Assembly: GCA_965233585.1 (NCBI GenBank)
Contig: CBDDTI010000745.1
Location: 160,001 to 224,000, forward strand
DNA from: a bacterium
GTDB lineage: Bacteria; SAR324; NAC60-12
Direction: 5' to 3'
Length of the DNA: 64,000 nt
Positions 8,446-18,963 of this stretch are shown piece after piece. Below the pieces are notes generated by a model that saw only the letters and a list, made by a program, of their open reading frames with translations, was not told the origin of the DNA and did not search any database. How positions within the stretch are numbered: position 1 is the stretch's first letter; each line of letters opens with the position of its first letter. Position numbers and translations under genes: made by a program.

Positions 8446-9687
8446 ATGACTCATGCTATTTTGCTTGGTCTTCGCTGTGCAGAACAAACTTTAGAAGATG
8501 CCCAAATTTCATTTCAAGAATTAAAGGAGCTTTCAAGAAGTTTGGGAATTGAGGAGGTCGGTCAGGCGTTTCAAAGCAAAGTGCATTCAGGACACCGCAT
8601 AGGCAGAGGCAAATTGGAAGAAGTCAGACAGCTTTTTGAAGAGACGCATGCAGACTTGTTGATTGTTGACCATACCTTGACGCCCAACCAAGCAAAACAC
8701 TTGGAAAAAACACTCAAAAGCATGGTTTGGGACAGGACACAGCTGATTTTGGAAGTATTTGCATCACATGCCAAGACGCAAGAAGCTTGCAAACAAATTG
8801 AATTAGCCAGATTGCAATACATGTTGCCAAGACTTGCGGGCATGTGGGCACATCTGGACAGAGAGCGTGGAGGAGTTGGAGTGTCTCGCGGTGGGGGAGA
8901 AAAGCAGATTGAAACCGACAGACGTTTGGCAAGAAGACGTATGACCCACTTGCAAAATGAACTCAAACGGCTGGAAACAAGCGAAGAAACCCAGCACAAA
9001 AAAAGACGAAATTGCCTCAATGTTAGTTTAGTTGGATACACCAATGCAGGTAAGACAACCTTGATGAATACTCTGGTTGGGGAAGCACTCCACGCACAAG
9101 ACCAGCTTTTTGTCACTCTTGACTCCACCACTCGGATTCTTGATAAAAACCGACGCCCTCAAATCTTAATCTCTGACACTGTCGGATTTTTACAGCATCT
9201 TCCCCATGAATTGATTGCCTCGTTCCGATCTACTTTAAAGGTCGCAACTACTGCTGACTTACTGCTGCACGTTGTAGATTCCAGCTCTCCTCATCTTGAA
9301 AAACAGATTGATGTCACACTTAACACTTTGGATATGATTGGAGCAAACTGCATTCCTCGTTTGCTTGTGATGAATCAAATAGACCGCATTGACCTCATTC
9401 AGCAAAGACTCTTGCAAAGACTTTATCCTGATGCCATTTTTGTCTCTGCCATTGAAAATGCTAGTCTCGTGTTTGACAAAGTTGGAGAGTTTTTTGACCA
9501 ACGTATGGAAGAAATCAACCTTGTCATTGATTACGGACAAACTAAACAGCTTTCTCAAATCTATCAACTGGCACAAGTCAAATCTATTGAGTACGGCAAC
9601 CAAGCCATAGAATTACAGCTGATGGTCTCACTACCTAATTTGTCAAAGCTACAAAACTATCTGAAAAAAAGCCCCTCCAAATTCTAA
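8446..9687 (+). CDS. hflX: GTPase HflX
   Basis: QIELARLQYMLPRL, GGGEKQIETDRR, VGYTNAGKTTL, DTVGF motifs. Confidence 0.95.
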   Translation: MTHAILLGLRCAEQTLEDAQISFQELKELSRSLGIEEVGQAFQSKVHSGHRIGRGKLEEVRQLFEETHADLLIVDHTLTPNQAKHLEKTLKSMVWDRTQLILEVFASHAKTQEACKQIELARLQYMLPRLAGMWAHLDRERGGVGVSRGGGEKQIETDRRLARRRMTHLQNELKRLETSEETQHKKRRNCLNVSLVGYTNAGKTTLMNTLVGEALHAQDQLFVTLDSTTRILDKNRRPQILISDTVGFLQHLPHELIASFRSTLKVATTADLLLHVVDSSSPHLEKQIDVTLNTLDMIGANCIPRLLVMNQIDRIDLIQQRLLQRLYPDAIFVSAIENASLVFDKVGEFFDQRMEEINLVIDYGQTKQLSQIYQLAQVKSIEYGNQAIELQLMVSLPNLSKLQNYLKKSPSKF

Positions 9688-9826
9688 AAAGCAGTTCTCT
9701 CTTTTTCTCAAAGTCCTTGCTTTTTGTCTTTCATTTAGGCTCAATTTCAGCTAGTCTAGCTACTTAAAGGTGTTTCTTTTTGCCTGTTCACTTCAACTCA
9801 AATTCATTTAATCTAACACAATTTTT

Positions 9827-10675
9827 ATGAAGAACGTTTTCAAGATTTTTTCCTTCGTTCTCTGCCTGTTCCTGACAGGTTGTAGTGCGCTACGTTCCAC
9901 GTATGACTACGCAGACCGCCTGATTCTTTGGCAATTAGATGACTACTTTGACCTAGAATCTGAGCAAAAAGATGCCTTGTTGATTGCCATTAGACGCAAT
10001 TTAGAACAACACCGCCTTCAAGAATTACCTAAATATCCCAAACTGATTCGCTCTATTCAAGAAGTTGGGAATGATGGTTTAACTGCTGAAGAAATTCAGC
10101 AAACCTTCCAAGAATTTGGACAGTTGTATGAAAATATTGTCAGACAACTTTTACCTGATGCTGCCTTGTTGTTATCTGGACTTTCACAAGAGCAGATTTT
10201 GCATTTTCAAGAAGTCTTGAAAGAGGAAAACGACGAGATTGCAGAACCCCTTGAAGACTCACTTGAAGAACAGGAAAAAGATTATGAAGAACGTGTTTTG
10301 GAAAACTCTGAAGAGTGGCTTGGAGACCTGTCAGATGAGCAGGAAGAACTCCTCAAAAAGAAGAGTAAAGAATGGTACAACGGGGGGGAGGGAATCAGGA
10401 AAAGGCTTGAAAGCCGCAAAAACTTTCAAAGCCGCTTGTTTGAATTTTTGCAGACTCAACCAGACGCCCAAAAAACAGAGGTCTTTTTAGGAAATTTATT
10501 ACAAGAACAGTATTCAGATGATTCGGACGATTCCGATGCTTCAGAAAACTCTTTCATTCAAGGGATTTTGGAAATAGACCAACTTGTTACACCTGAACAA
10601 AGGCTTTATGCCTCACAACAACTTGATGAATACGCAGGAATCATAGAAGAAATTTTGGAAGAATACAAAGAATAG
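9827..10675 (+). CDS. Lipoprotein, DUF6279-like
   Basis: Lipobox FLTG-C; YDYADRLILWQLDDYFDL; EEWLGDLSDEQ. Confidence 0.65.
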   Translation: MKNVFKIFSFVLCLFLTGCSALRSTYDYADRLILWQLDDYFDLESEQKDALLIAIRRNLEQHRLQELPKYPKLIRSIQEVGNDGLTAEEIQQTFQEFGQLYENIVRQLLPDAALLLSGLSQEQILHFQEVLKEENDEIAEPLEDSLEEQEKDYEERVLENSEEWLGDLSDEQEELLKKKSKEWYNGGEGIRKRLESRKNFQSRLFEFLQTQPDAQKTEVFLGNLLQEQYSDDSDDSDASENSFIQGILEIDQLVTPEQRLYASQQLDEYAGIIEEILEEYKE

Positions 10676-10749
10676 CTCTAGTTCATATTTCACAAATATT
10701 TATGTTGACTTTCATCAAACAAAAAAGATAAACTGGCGGGTTTGTATTT

Positions 10750-10821
10750 TGGGGTGTAGCCAAGTGGTAAGGCAACGGGTTTTGATCCCGTCATGCGAAG
10801 GTTCGAATCCTTCCACCCCAG
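10750..10821 (+). tRNA. tRNA-Gln(TTG); CCA not encoded
   Basis: TGGGGTG/CACCCCA acceptor stem, D-arm AGCCAAGTGGTAAGGC, anticodon stem ACGGG/CCCGT with TTG, T-loop GGTTCGAATCC; followed by ACA. Confidence 0.96.
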
Positions 10822-10845
10822 ACATTTGAATCGCTACGATGCAAG

Positions 10846-10885
10846 AAACCGAGTCAGGTTAAATTTAATTTGAAAATCGGTTTTT
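10846..10885 (+). terminator. Putative intrinsic terminator after tRNA-Gln
   Basis: AAACCGA...TCGGTTTTT imperfect hairpin ending in a T run. Confidence 0.45.
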
Positions 10886-10966
10886 AGATTCCGAACCATT
10901 ACTTTTCACAGATTGCTTCTCATCTCAAAGCGTGATAATCCGAAACCTTCCCCTTCAGGAAACGAC

Positions 10967-11284
10967 ATGACTTATGTTGTTACGCAATATTGCCATAAAT
11001 GCAAGTACACGGATTGCGTAGAGGTTTGCCCCGTTGATGCCTTTCATGAAGGTGAAGAGATGCTTTATATCAATCCTGAAACATGTATTGATTGCAATGC
11101 TTGTACAGAAGAATGTCCTGTGGAGGCAATTTATGCAGATATTGACGTCCCCGAAAAGTGGGAAAATTGGTTGCAGATTAATGCTGATGAATGTGAAAAA
11201 TATGACGTCATCACTGAAAAAAAAGACCCTTTGCCAAGTGCGAAAAGCCTTGAAGAGTTAAGGGAAGCAGACCCTGATGCTTAG
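10967..11284 (+). CDS. fdxA: 7Fe-type ferredoxin (FdxA family)
   Basis: MTYVVTQYCHKCKYTDCVEVCPVDAF and CIDCNACTEECP; ATG 10967 preceded by AGGA. Confidence 0.9.
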   Translation: MTYVVTQYCHKCKYTDCVEVCPVDAFHEGEEMLYINPETCIDCNACTEECPVEAIYADIDVPEKWENWLQINADECEKYDVITEKKDPLPSAKSLEELREADPDA

Positions 11285-11286
11285 TC

Positions 11287-11820
11287 ATGTCTTGGAAAAT
11301 TGACGCAAGAGAAATCTTGCAAAATAGACCACTTAAAAGAGAAGGCTCTTTGACACTCAGCAATCTGGAACGTTTGCAGTCCATAGAACAAGTCCAAGGT
11401 TGCCAAGTGGCATATCACGTTGTTTTGACCAAAAAGCAACAGCTCGGTTTTTTGCTTCAAGGGCATCTTGGTTGCAAGTTTCAAATCTGTTGCGATCGTT
11501 GCTTGGACGTTTTTCATAAGCCCCTTGACCTTGACTTTGAGGTGTTGTTACAACCTGAATCTGAAGACAAGGTCAGCCAAGTGGAAACGATTTTGAGTTC
11601 GGAGATTCCAGAGACTCAGTTTTACTCAAATCATCAAATTCAGTTGTTGGAGTTGCTGGAAGATCAAATCTTGCTGGAATTGGAGATGAAGAATATTTGT
11701 TCAGAATCATGTCAGGGGGTTTGTTTCCAGTGTGGTCAGAATCTCAACTCTAGTCCTTGTCATTGTAGCCTCTCATCAAAAACGGATAACCCCTTTGCGA
11801 AACTCAAACAAGTTATTTGA
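11287..11820 (+). CDS. yceD: YceD/DUF177 family protein
   Basis: CDRCL, CSESCQGVC..CGQNLN..C.C, DNPFAKLK; canonical position before rpmF. Confidence 0.88.
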   Translation: MSWKIDAREILQNRPLKREGSLTLSNLERLQSIEQVQGCQVAYHVVLTKKQQLGFLLQGHLGCKFQICCDRCLDVFHKPLDLDFEVLLQPESEDKVSQVETILSSEIPETQFYSNHQIQLLELLEDQILLELEMKNICSESCQGVCFQCGQNLNSSPCHCSLSSKTDNPFAKLKQVI

Positions 11821-11849
11821 TTCACCATCTTTTGCCCAATTAAATTTTT

Positions 11850-12035
11850 ATGGCAGTACCTAAATATAGAACCTCACGAAGTAAGCGAAATTCAAGGCGT
11901 TCACAAAATAGCAAAATTAAAGTGCCTTGTTTAAGCCTTTGCAGTCATTGCGAAGCAAAGATTCTTCCCCACCGCGTTTGCCCCCAATGTGGCTATTACA
12001 AAGGTGTCAAGATTATAGAAGTTGAAGCGTATTAG
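11850..12035 (+). CDS. rpmF: 50S ribosomal protein L32
   Basis: MAVPKYRTSRSKRNSRR; CxxC...PHRVCPQCGYYKG. Confidence 0.96.
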   Translation: MAVPKYRTSRSKRNSRRSQNSKIKVPCLSLCSHCEAKILPHRVCPQCGYYKGVKIIEVEAY

Positions 12036-12041
12036 GCATTG

Positions 12042-13052
12042 ATGTTGAAGGTTGCAGTTGATGCAATGGGCGGGGATTTCCCAGTCTCTGCACCTGTTGC
12101 AGGTGCCATTGAAGCAGTTCGTCAGCATCAAATTCCTGTCATAATCGTTGGTGATGAAAGGCAAATCACAGTGGCATTGTCCCAACATAAAAATTATGAC
12201 AGTTCTCTAGTTTCAATCAAGCATTGCACGCAAAAAGTGGAAATGGACGACTCACCTTCTGTGGCGTTACGCACTAAAAAAGAGTCTTCTATCCGTATTG
12301 CCATGAATCTTCATCGCGACCAAGAAGTCTGTGCTGTGGTAAGTGCGGGACATTCAGGGGCGACTATGACCATTGCCAAAATCGTTCTCAAAGAAATCAA
12401 ACATATTGACAGACCTGCCATTATCACCCCTTTTCCCTCTAAAAAAGGACATTTTGTCCTTCTTGATGTCGGTGCAAATGTGGAATGTAAACCCCAATAT
12501 CTTTTGCAATTTGCCTTGATGGGAGAGTCCTACTCTCGTCTAGTTTTTGGGGTTGAAGAGCCTCAAGTAGCTCTTTTGAGTAATGGAGAAGAAGAAGTCA
12601 AGGGAAATTCTTTAACCAAAGAAACCTATGCCTTGTTGAAGCAAAGCCAGCTTCATTTTATGGGAAATATTGAAGGCAAAGACATGTTTGATGGTCAAGC
12701 AGATGTCATTGTCTGTGATGGATTTGTTGGCAATATCACTCTCAAAGTAGCAGAGGGAACGTTTGAGTTCATTCGCTACCTTTTAAAAAAGGAAATTGAA
12801 AAATCATGGATAGCGAAGCTGGGATATTTGTGCATGAAGCAATGTTTTAAAAATTTGTTGGAACGCGCAGACTATACCCATGTTGGCGGTGCGCCTTTGC
12901 TTGGGGTCAATGGGAATGTAGTCATTTGTCATGGAAGCTCAAAACCTTATACGATTGCTCACGCCATCAGACATGCGTTTCACTGTGCAAAAATACAGCT
13001 CAACGAAGAAATCTCAAAAGAGTTAGACCGACATTCTGAACTTCTCCAATGA
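12042..13052 (+). CDS. plsX: Phosphate acyltransferase PlsX
   Basis: AVDAMGGD, LDVGAN, CDGFVGNITLK, GGAPLLGVNG...HGSS. Confidence 0.96.
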   Translation: MLKVAVDAMGGDFPVSAPVAGAIEAVRQHQIPVIIVGDERQITVALSQHKNYDSSLVSIKHCTQKVEMDDSPSVALRTKKESSIRIAMNLHRDQEVCAVVSAGHSGATMTIAKIVLKEIKHIDRPAIITPFPSKKGHFVLLDVGANVECKPQYLLQFALMGESYSRLVFGVEEPQVALLSNGEEEVKGNSLTKETYALLKQSQLHFMGNIEGKDMFDGQADVIVCDGFVGNITLKVAEGTFEFIRYLLKKEIEKSWIAKLGYLCMKQCFKNLLERADYTHVGGAPLLGVNGNVVICHGSSKPYTIAHAIRHAFHCAKIQLNEEISKELDRHSELLQ

Positions 13053-13065
13053 CTGATGAAGCTCA

Positions 13066-13512
13066 ATGGTATCACTACTAATTGTTCAAAAGGACAAACT
13101 GAGTCCGGAAGAAAAAAACTGGCTTGCCATTGCAATATGCGGTGCAATCATTGCTGATGGCAGTGTCTCAACCGCTGAAATCAGGTATCTTGAACAGGCT
13201 CTAAAATTCCTCCCATCTTCTGACCAAATCAATTCTCTCATCAACGCAGTCAAACAAAAAAAACTTCCTCCTCTCACCAAGCTAGAAACATCTGCTTCTG
13301 TCAAAGCACAAATTTTGATAGAAATTTCCAACGTCATTGCATCGGACAATAGCCTGAGTATTCGTGAAGTAGATTATCTTTTTGAGATTGGAGGCATACT
13401 TGGTTTTGAAGATGAATATATGCAGATGATTTTACGGTGGTCTAATGAGGGCATCATCTGGAGACATAAAATGAAACATCTACTGAAAGTGGGGGAGCAG
13501 CTGCAACCATGA
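13066..13512 (+). CDS. TerB family protein
   Basis: Two ADG/SD-x(4)-E helical motifs (IIADGSVSTAE; IASDNSLSIRE). Confidence 0.7.
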   Translation: MVSLLIVQKDKLSPEEKNWLAIAICGAIIADGSVSTAEIRYLEQALKFLPSSDQINSLINAVKQKKLPPLTKLETSASVKAQILIEISNVIASDNSLSIREVDYLFEIGGILGFEDEYMQMILRWSNEGIIWRHKMKHLLKVGEQLQP

Positions 13513-14561
13513 AACCCATTCATCAACAACGTTCATTTGGGCTTTCTTCATTTTTTTTAGGGGGGATTTTTTTGATTGCATTGGGTGCAGTGTTGCAATC
13601 GCTCAAAGGAATTTTAGCACCCTTCTTGATTGCATTATTTATTCTCTATCTATTTGAACCCCTACAAAAATTGATGATTCGTTGCAGACTACCCTTAGTT
13701 TTCAGAATCATCATTGTCTTGAGTTCCACACTGATGTCAATGTATTTGATTGCTACATTTCTGATTAGCAATTTGGTGAATGTTGGTTCTCGTCTGGAAG
13801 GCTATGTCAACCAGCTTTTGCAGACCATTCAAGTTTGGGAGAGTTCACTACCGATTGAAACCTTAGACATTGGCTCAATCCTCAGTGGAATAGATTGGTC
13901 TAGGTATTTAGAAGGTGGTGCTGCAAAAGTACTGGGATTCGGTGTGGAAAAATCGGGGGCGCTATTTGTGGATATTGGACTGATTTTGATCTACATGCTT
14001 TATATGCTTTTTGAAAGAGAGTTGTTTTTAAACAGAATCCAAAAAGCATTTAAGCCAGAAAAAGCAAAGAACATCGTATCTATTTTGAAGTACATCAACC
14101 AGCAAATTGCCGCCTATTTAGAGGTCAAAACACTTGTCTCACTCGGGACAGGAATTTTAGTGACATTGCTTTTAACATTTTTAGAGGTAGATTTTGCACT
14201 ACTTTGGGGTGCATTGACTTTTCTCCTCAACTTTATCCCCTCTGTTGGCTCTATCATTGCGACCGTCCCACCTGTCATTACTGTCTTGCTTCAATTTCAA
14301 TCTCTCACATTGACCATAGTCGTTGCGTTAGTTTTGGGGGGACTTCAAATGACAATAGGAAGCATCATTGAGCCTAAAATCATGGGAAACCGTCTTGGAT
14401 TAAGCCCTCTTGTTGTTCTCTTAAGCCTTGTCTTTTGGGGGTGGATTTGGGGACCAGTTGGAATGATTCTTGCCGCTCCTGTGATGTCTATGATTCGGAT
14501 TGTTTGTGACAACGTCCCAGCTCTCCGACCTGTCAGCGTCTTCATGGCTGAAAAATCTTAA
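13509..14561 (+). CDS. AI-2E family transporter
   Basis: LLNFIPSVGS, IIEPKIMGNRLGLSPL, WGWIWGPVGMILAAP. Confidence 0.9.
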   Translation: MKPIHQQRSFGLSSFFLGGIFLIALGAVLQSLKGILAPFLIALFILYLFEPLQKLMIRCRLPLVFRIIIVLSSTLMSMYLIATFLISNLVNVGSRLEGYVNQLLQTIQVWESSLPIETLDIGSILSGIDWSRYLEGGAAKVLGFGVEKSGALFVDIGLILIYMLYMLFERELFLNRIQKAFKPEKAKNIVSILKYINQQIAAYLEVKTLVSLGTGILVTLLLTFLEVDFALLWGALTFLLNFIPSVGSIIATVPPVITVLLQFQSLTLTIVVALVLGGLQMTIGSIIEPKIMGNRLGLSPLVVLLSLVFWGWIWGPVGMILAAPVMSMIRIVCDNVPALRPVSVFMAEKS

Positions 14562-14654
14562 TATCTGCCAAAAAACAAAAACACAATTTTAGTGAAGAGA
14601 CCTAAGCTGATCAAAGTACTTTGCTGAAAGGACAGAGTGTTTTGATGTCTTGTT

Positions 14655-15035
14655 TTAGTTGGGAGTAGGAAGAGAAGCAAACAAAAAGGCTAGCATGACG
14701 CCAAGTGTCACGAGATTTAAGGAAATGCCAAAACCCACCATCCATGACAACAGCTTGAATTTGCTATCAACTTTCTTATTGAGACTAGCAACCTGCTCTT
14801 TCGTCGCTTTTTGCTTCAGCTGCTCTTCTAAACTAGCAACCTGTTCTTTCGTCGCTTTTTGCTTCAACTGCTCTTCTAAACTAGCAACCTGCTCTTTCGT
14901 CGCAAGTTTGGAAAAGTTGCTTTCCACAACAGATTTAAATTCTTCTGTTAGTGCCTCTGCTTGTTCTTGTTCAAAGCCTGCAGATTGAAGATGTTTAGAC
15001 GTCTTAAGTGTGTCAAAAAGCAAAGCAGTTTCCAT
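14655..15035 (-). CDS. DUF1640/CCDC90-like coiled-coil protein with C-terminal TM
   Basis: FDTLK...L..AGFEQEQAEAL, repeated ATKEQV, C-terminal hydrophobic helix. Confidence 0.8.
   Translation of the reverse strand: METALLFDTLKTSKHLQSAGFEQEQAEALTEEFKSVVESNFSKLATKEQVASLEEQLKQKATKEQVASLEEQLKQKATKEQVASLNKKVDSKFKLLSWMVGFGISLNLVTLGVMLAFLFASLPTPN
14784..14903. repeat. 2.5 tandem copies of a 48-bp in-frame repeat
   Basis: ACTAGCAACCTG(C/T)TCTTTCGTCGC recurs at 14784, 14832, 14880. Confidence 0.92.
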
Positions 15036-15303
15036 AAGCCTACGAATGAAACGTCAAAACCAAAATCGTAACAAATCCTGAGACAAAATGAAAGAGAATT
15101 ATTGACATTAGATTTCCCTGACACTTGCTTATTTCATCTTGACATTTGGGTTTGGCTGTCATACATTGACTGCTCGGTTCACTGCCCTAGAGAAAGAGCA
15201 TTGAGACTTTCAAGTCTTGTCTTCCTTAAATCCATTTTTGCTGAAGTGCTAAAATCTTTTAAAGAATTTGATTCTAACTATTTTTAAAGTTTAACGGAAA
15301 ACG

Positions 15304-15996
15304 ATGAAATTCTTGTGGATTGTTGGGCTTGTCTTTTCTATCTCACCTTTAATCTATGGGCAACAAAATGCTGGAAAAAATTCTTTTGAATTAGGTTTGA
15401 TGAGTAATCATAACTACGGCATCCTTGGAATTAATCCAGATATGCCTGTGCATTTTCAATATCGTTATTCTTTCCTTCCTGAACATAATCTTGGTTTTTT
15501 AATCGGAAGCCGCGTTCACGACCCCGTTCCACCTTTTCAAATGACAGATGAAGATGAAGACCCAGAAGAAAATATGGAAAAAGAAAAGGAACTCAAACGA
15601 ATCAAAGGCATTGGTAATTTTTATGCTTTGAATTATGGTTATTCTCTGGGCGAACGAGTAAATTTATTGTGGTTAGTAGATGTTTTTGCGGGATGGCTAG
15701 AAATCAAATTAAGACACGAAGTTCACCCTAGCGGAAACCAAGTTGACACTCAATTCTATCGCTCCAGCAAAACAGAACGTGGTTTTTATTATGGGTCAGC
15801 ATTGCATTTGTCAACACTGAGAAAATCAAGGTGGAATTTTTCTTTTGGAGGTGGAATAGAAGGCTTCAGTTCCCAACAATCAGAAATGACCATTGATGAA
15901 ACCGATCCTTCTTGGGCCGTTTCTAACTTAGAACAAACAGAAGCCAAACTTGCCAATTTCTTTTTTTTGAGGATAGGAGTTCTTTTTTCATGGTGA
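15304..15996 (+). CDS. Hypothetical outer-membrane beta-barrel-like protein
   Basis: Signal peptide; alternating aromatic strands; C-terminal ...RIGVLFSW. Confidence 0.55.
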   Translation: MKFLWIVGLVFSISPLIYGQQNAGKNSFELGLMSNHNYGILGINPDMPVHFQYRYSFLPEHNLGFLIGSRVHDPVPPFQMTDEDEDPEENMEKEKELKRIKGIGNFYALNYGYSLGERVNLLWLVDVFAGWLEIKLRHEVHPSGNQVDTQFYRSSKTERGFYYGSALHLSTLRKSRWNFSFGGGIEGFSSQQSEMTIDETDPSWAVSNLEQTEAKLANFFFLRIGVLFSW

Positions 15997-16075
15997 TGTT
16001 TTAAATTTCTTTTTCATCTTCAGCATTTCTGTTCAAATAAAGTTTTCACACAATTTGACCTACCCTGCTTTTATC

Positions 16076-16564
16076 ATGCGACAATTTATTGCAATCTTAA
16101 TATTTCTCCTCAATATCCTGTTTCTTTTTGTATCTTGTAGCATAGAAAGTTTTGAAGACAAAAAAATTTCTGATAAGAATGTGAAAATCTACACACCTAA
16201 TCTACTCATATCTAACAAAAGTCTTGATGAAAAAATTTTGCTTAAACGGGTTGTATTTCACCCTGATTTAAAAAAGTCATTTTTTGAGTTTGAGCCAAAG
16301 ACTAATAAAGGAGATGTCTCACCTTCCATTTGTGACACTTCCATATGTGCAAAATTTCGTATCGTCACCAGCCAAGACACTTATGATTTGTTAGATTTGC
16401 AAGATAACAAAGGGCGATCACAATCTGAAAAGTTGAAATTTTCCGAACATGAAAATTTTACTTTGTTTTTTGATTATTTTGACCAAACAAAATTTCAATT
16501 AACCGAGGGAGATTGTTCTGATTGTTTTCAGCAAGATGTTGATTTAGAAAAATCCAATTCATAA
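16076..16564 (+). CDS. Hypothetical lipoprotein
   Basis: MRQFIAILIFLLNILFLFVS-C lipoprotein-like signal. Confidence 0.55.
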   Translation: MRQFIAILIFLLNILFLFVSCSIESFEDKKISDKNVKIYTPNLLISNKSLDEKILLKRVVFHPDLKKSFFEFEPKTNKGDVSPSICDTSICAKFRIVTSQDTYDLLDLQDNKGRSQSEKLKFSEHENFTLFFDYFDQTKFQLTEGDCSDCFQQDVDLEKSNS

Positions 16565-16610
16565 TATTGAATTTTATGAATTTTTCATTAAATCTAGTTT
16601 TTAGCAGAGT

Positions 16611-17291
16611 TTAATCAACAGCTGTATTAATGTTTGATTTTGAAAAATGATTCAAGCAATATTGCTGATTCTCTTGCATGAATTTTTTTAGTTTTTGAGC
16701 ATAATCAGAAAGCTCTTGATCAGAACATGAGGCAGGAATGAAAAGAGGTTCTCCAAACCTCCCAAAGATTTTCCCAAATGGTAGGGGGATTTTTTGGCGG
16801 TCCCAACTGGAAGCACGCCAAACTTGGCTTCCTTCATAATGAAAAGGCATGATAGGCAGCCCTGTTTTTTTAGCCAAAAACAACGCCCCAGTTTTGATTT
16901 GATGGGCAGGACCCTTGGGACCATCAGGAGTGACAACAACAGAATTTCCTTGATTCAAAGTCTGAATAGATTGTTTCAAAGCCCCAATCCCACCACGTGT
17001 TGTAGAACCACGTATCGCCTTCATACCAAAATGCCTTGTAACCTCACAAATGGCATCTCCATCTTTGGAACGGCTACTTAAAGACGTCAAATTCAAATGC
17101 TGTAACAAAAAGATAGAAAAATAAATATCTTCGTGCCATAAAACCACAATCACTGTCTGGTATTGCTTGAATATCTCTTTTGCCTGCTCTGCTTGCTCTA
17201 TTTTAACCCTAGAAGTGCCTCCAGTGAGTTTTAAAATGTAAACGACCAACTTAATCAAAAATTGATATTTAAGTCTCTGCAAAAAAGTCAT
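16611..17291 (-). CDS. DUF374 / lysophospholipid acyltransferase family protein
   Basis: LWH, SRSKDGD, IRGSTTRGG, TPDGPKGP, SWDR...PLPF. Confidence 0.9.
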   Translation of the reverse strand: MTFLQRLKYQFLIKLVVYILKLTGGTSRVKIEQAEQAKEIFKQYQTVIVVLWHEDIYFSIFLLQHLNLTSLSSRSKDGDAICEVTRHFGMKAIRGSTTRGGIGALKQSIQTLNQGNSVVVTPDGPKGPAHQIKTGALFLAKKTGLPIMPFHYEGSQVWRASSWDRQKIPLPFGKIFGRFGEPLFIPASCSDQELSDYAQKLKKFMQENQQYCLNHFSKSNINTAVD

Positions 17292-17605
17292 GCTAAACCT
17301 AGTGAAAGTTGTCGTTTGGTATGATAACAACGAACTATTATAAACGAACAAACTCATATAAACCAAGTGTTCCTAGGAACATAGATTCCTCTCTTCACAC
17401 CAAATGGCTAAGAACAAGGTAGGAGTAACTTTATTTTCTGCTATTTTATGAAATTGTTCAGAATTTTAAATTTATCATAAAAACATTAAATCCATACAAA
17501 GCATTGCACTTTATTTTTGAGTAGTTTAGAATGAGTTTGCTTCTAATTTTTTGAAGTCAGCTGAAAGGTTGAAAAATTTAAATACTTTTATACGAGGAGA
17601 AGATT

Positions 17606-18259
17606 ATGAATAAACAGACAGTCAGACAGGTTGCAATAACATTAGGCAGTTTTGTCAAATTTGTCATTCTTTACTTAGTGCTTGCTGAAGCAATCCAAGC
17701 CAAGCAAGTCAAATTAGTTTTTGTAGGAGATTCCATTACAGAAGGCTATGGTCTCTCTCAAAAAGATGCCTACCCAAGTTTGTTGGAGGACAAACTCAAA
17801 CAAGCTAAAATTCCGGTCAAGGTACTCAATGGGGGTGTCAGTGGAGCTAGTTCTGCAAGTGCAGAGTCTCGCGTCAAGTGGTATTTGAAGGTGAAGCCTG
17901 ATTGGATTGTCTTGCAGCTAGGAGGAAATGACGGCTTGAGGGGGCAATCTTTAGAAGAAACAGAAAACAATCTTGCAAAAGCGATTGAGCTAACACGAAG
18001 CAAAGGTGTCAAGGTTGCGATTTTAGGCATACGCATTCCAACAAATTATGGACAACAATATAGAAAGCAATTTGAGGAAATTTTTCCCAAGTTGTCAGAA
18101 AAATATCAAGTGCCTTTGCTCCCTCAATTACTTGAAAATGTTGGAGGAATACCTGAAATGAACCTACCTGATGGCATTCACCCAAACAAAGCAGGGCATC
18201 GTATCATTGCAAAAAATGTCTTTGAATTTTTTCTTCCTCTCTTATCTAAAGACTCATGA
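17606..18259 (+). CDS. tesA: Arylesterase / acyl-CoA thioesterase I (SGNH hydrolase)
   Basis: GDSITEGYG, LGGNDGLRG, DGIHPN. Confidence 0.88.
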   Translation: MNKQTVRQVAITLGSFVKFVILYLVLAEAIQAKQVKLVFVGDSITEGYGLSQKDAYPSLLEDKLKQAKIPVKVLNGGVSGASSASAESRVKWYLKVKPDWIVLQLGGNDGLRGQSLEETENNLAKAIELTRSKGVKVAILGIRIPTNYGQQYRKQFEEIFPKLSEKYQVPLLPQLLENVGGIPEMNLPDGIHPNKAGHRIIAKNVFEFFLPLLSKDS

Positions 18260-18930
18260 CATTACTGAAACTTCAAAATCTTTCCAAACAGTTCCCTTCA
18301 CCTGACAAAACGTCTCCAGTTATCCCACTGGAACGTATAGACCTGACGGTAGAAAAAGGTGAAACTGTCGCCATCATAGGTAGTTCAGGCAGTGGAAAAT
18401 CTACTTTACTGGCATTGCTGGCTGGACTAGATACTCCCACCAATGGAACAATCCACGTTGGTGACCAATGTATTTCTAGCTTTTCAGAAGGAGAGCTGAC
18501 TGAGTTTCGTGCAACAAATTTAGGAATCATTTTTCAGCAGTTTTATTTGTTGCCCCATCTGACAACATTGGAAAATGTCGCATTGCCTTTGGAACTCCAA
18601 AATGATTCTGATGCCTTTCAAAAAGCGCAAAACATGCTGAAACTTGTCAACCTAGACCATCGTCTAAAACACTTCCCTAAGCAGTTAAGTGGAGGAGAGT
18701 GTCAACGGACTGCAATCGCAAGGGCATTGGTGGTACGACCCAAATTGCTGTTAGCAGACGAACCTTCAGGAAATTTGGATCAACAAAACGGAGAGAAATT
18801 AGCGGATTTGTTGTTTGACCTTGTCAAATCTATTCAAATGACAATGATTTTGGTTACCCACAGCCAAGAGCTTGCCAATCGTTGCAGCAGTATTTACCGA
18901 TTGCAGAATGGAAAACTTGTCAAGGTGTAA
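18256..18930 (+). CDS. ABC transporter ATP-binding protein (YbbA/LolD-like)
   Basis: [28 protein letters not shown]; overlaps the tesA stop. Confidence 0.92.
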   Translation: MTLLKLQNLSKQFPSPDKTSPVIPLERIDLTVEKGETVAIIGSSGSGKSTLLALLAGLDTPTNGTIHVGDQCISSFSEGELTEFRATNLGIIFQQFYLLPHLTTLENVALPLELQNDSDAFQKAQNMLKLVNLDHRLKHFPKQLSGGECQRTAIARALVVRPKLLLADEPSGNLDQQNGEKLADLLFDLVKSIQMTMILVTHSQELANRCSSIYRLQNGKLVKV

Positions 18931-18963
18931 TTCAGTAAGTTTGAGTTTAGAGTTTTCAACTTG

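Noticed and set aside
8571..9131. Long antisense ORFs (also 33484-33891, 45921-46463, 57403-57858)
   Set aside because: They are shadows of well-supported genes on the opposite strand and carry no motifs
10750..10821. tRNA used as an island integration site
   Set aside because: No duplicated tRNA 3' end or integrase seen; downstream genes are core
10913..10966. N-terminal extension of the ferredoxin
   Set aside because: The family starts at MTYVV, and ATG 10967 has an RBS
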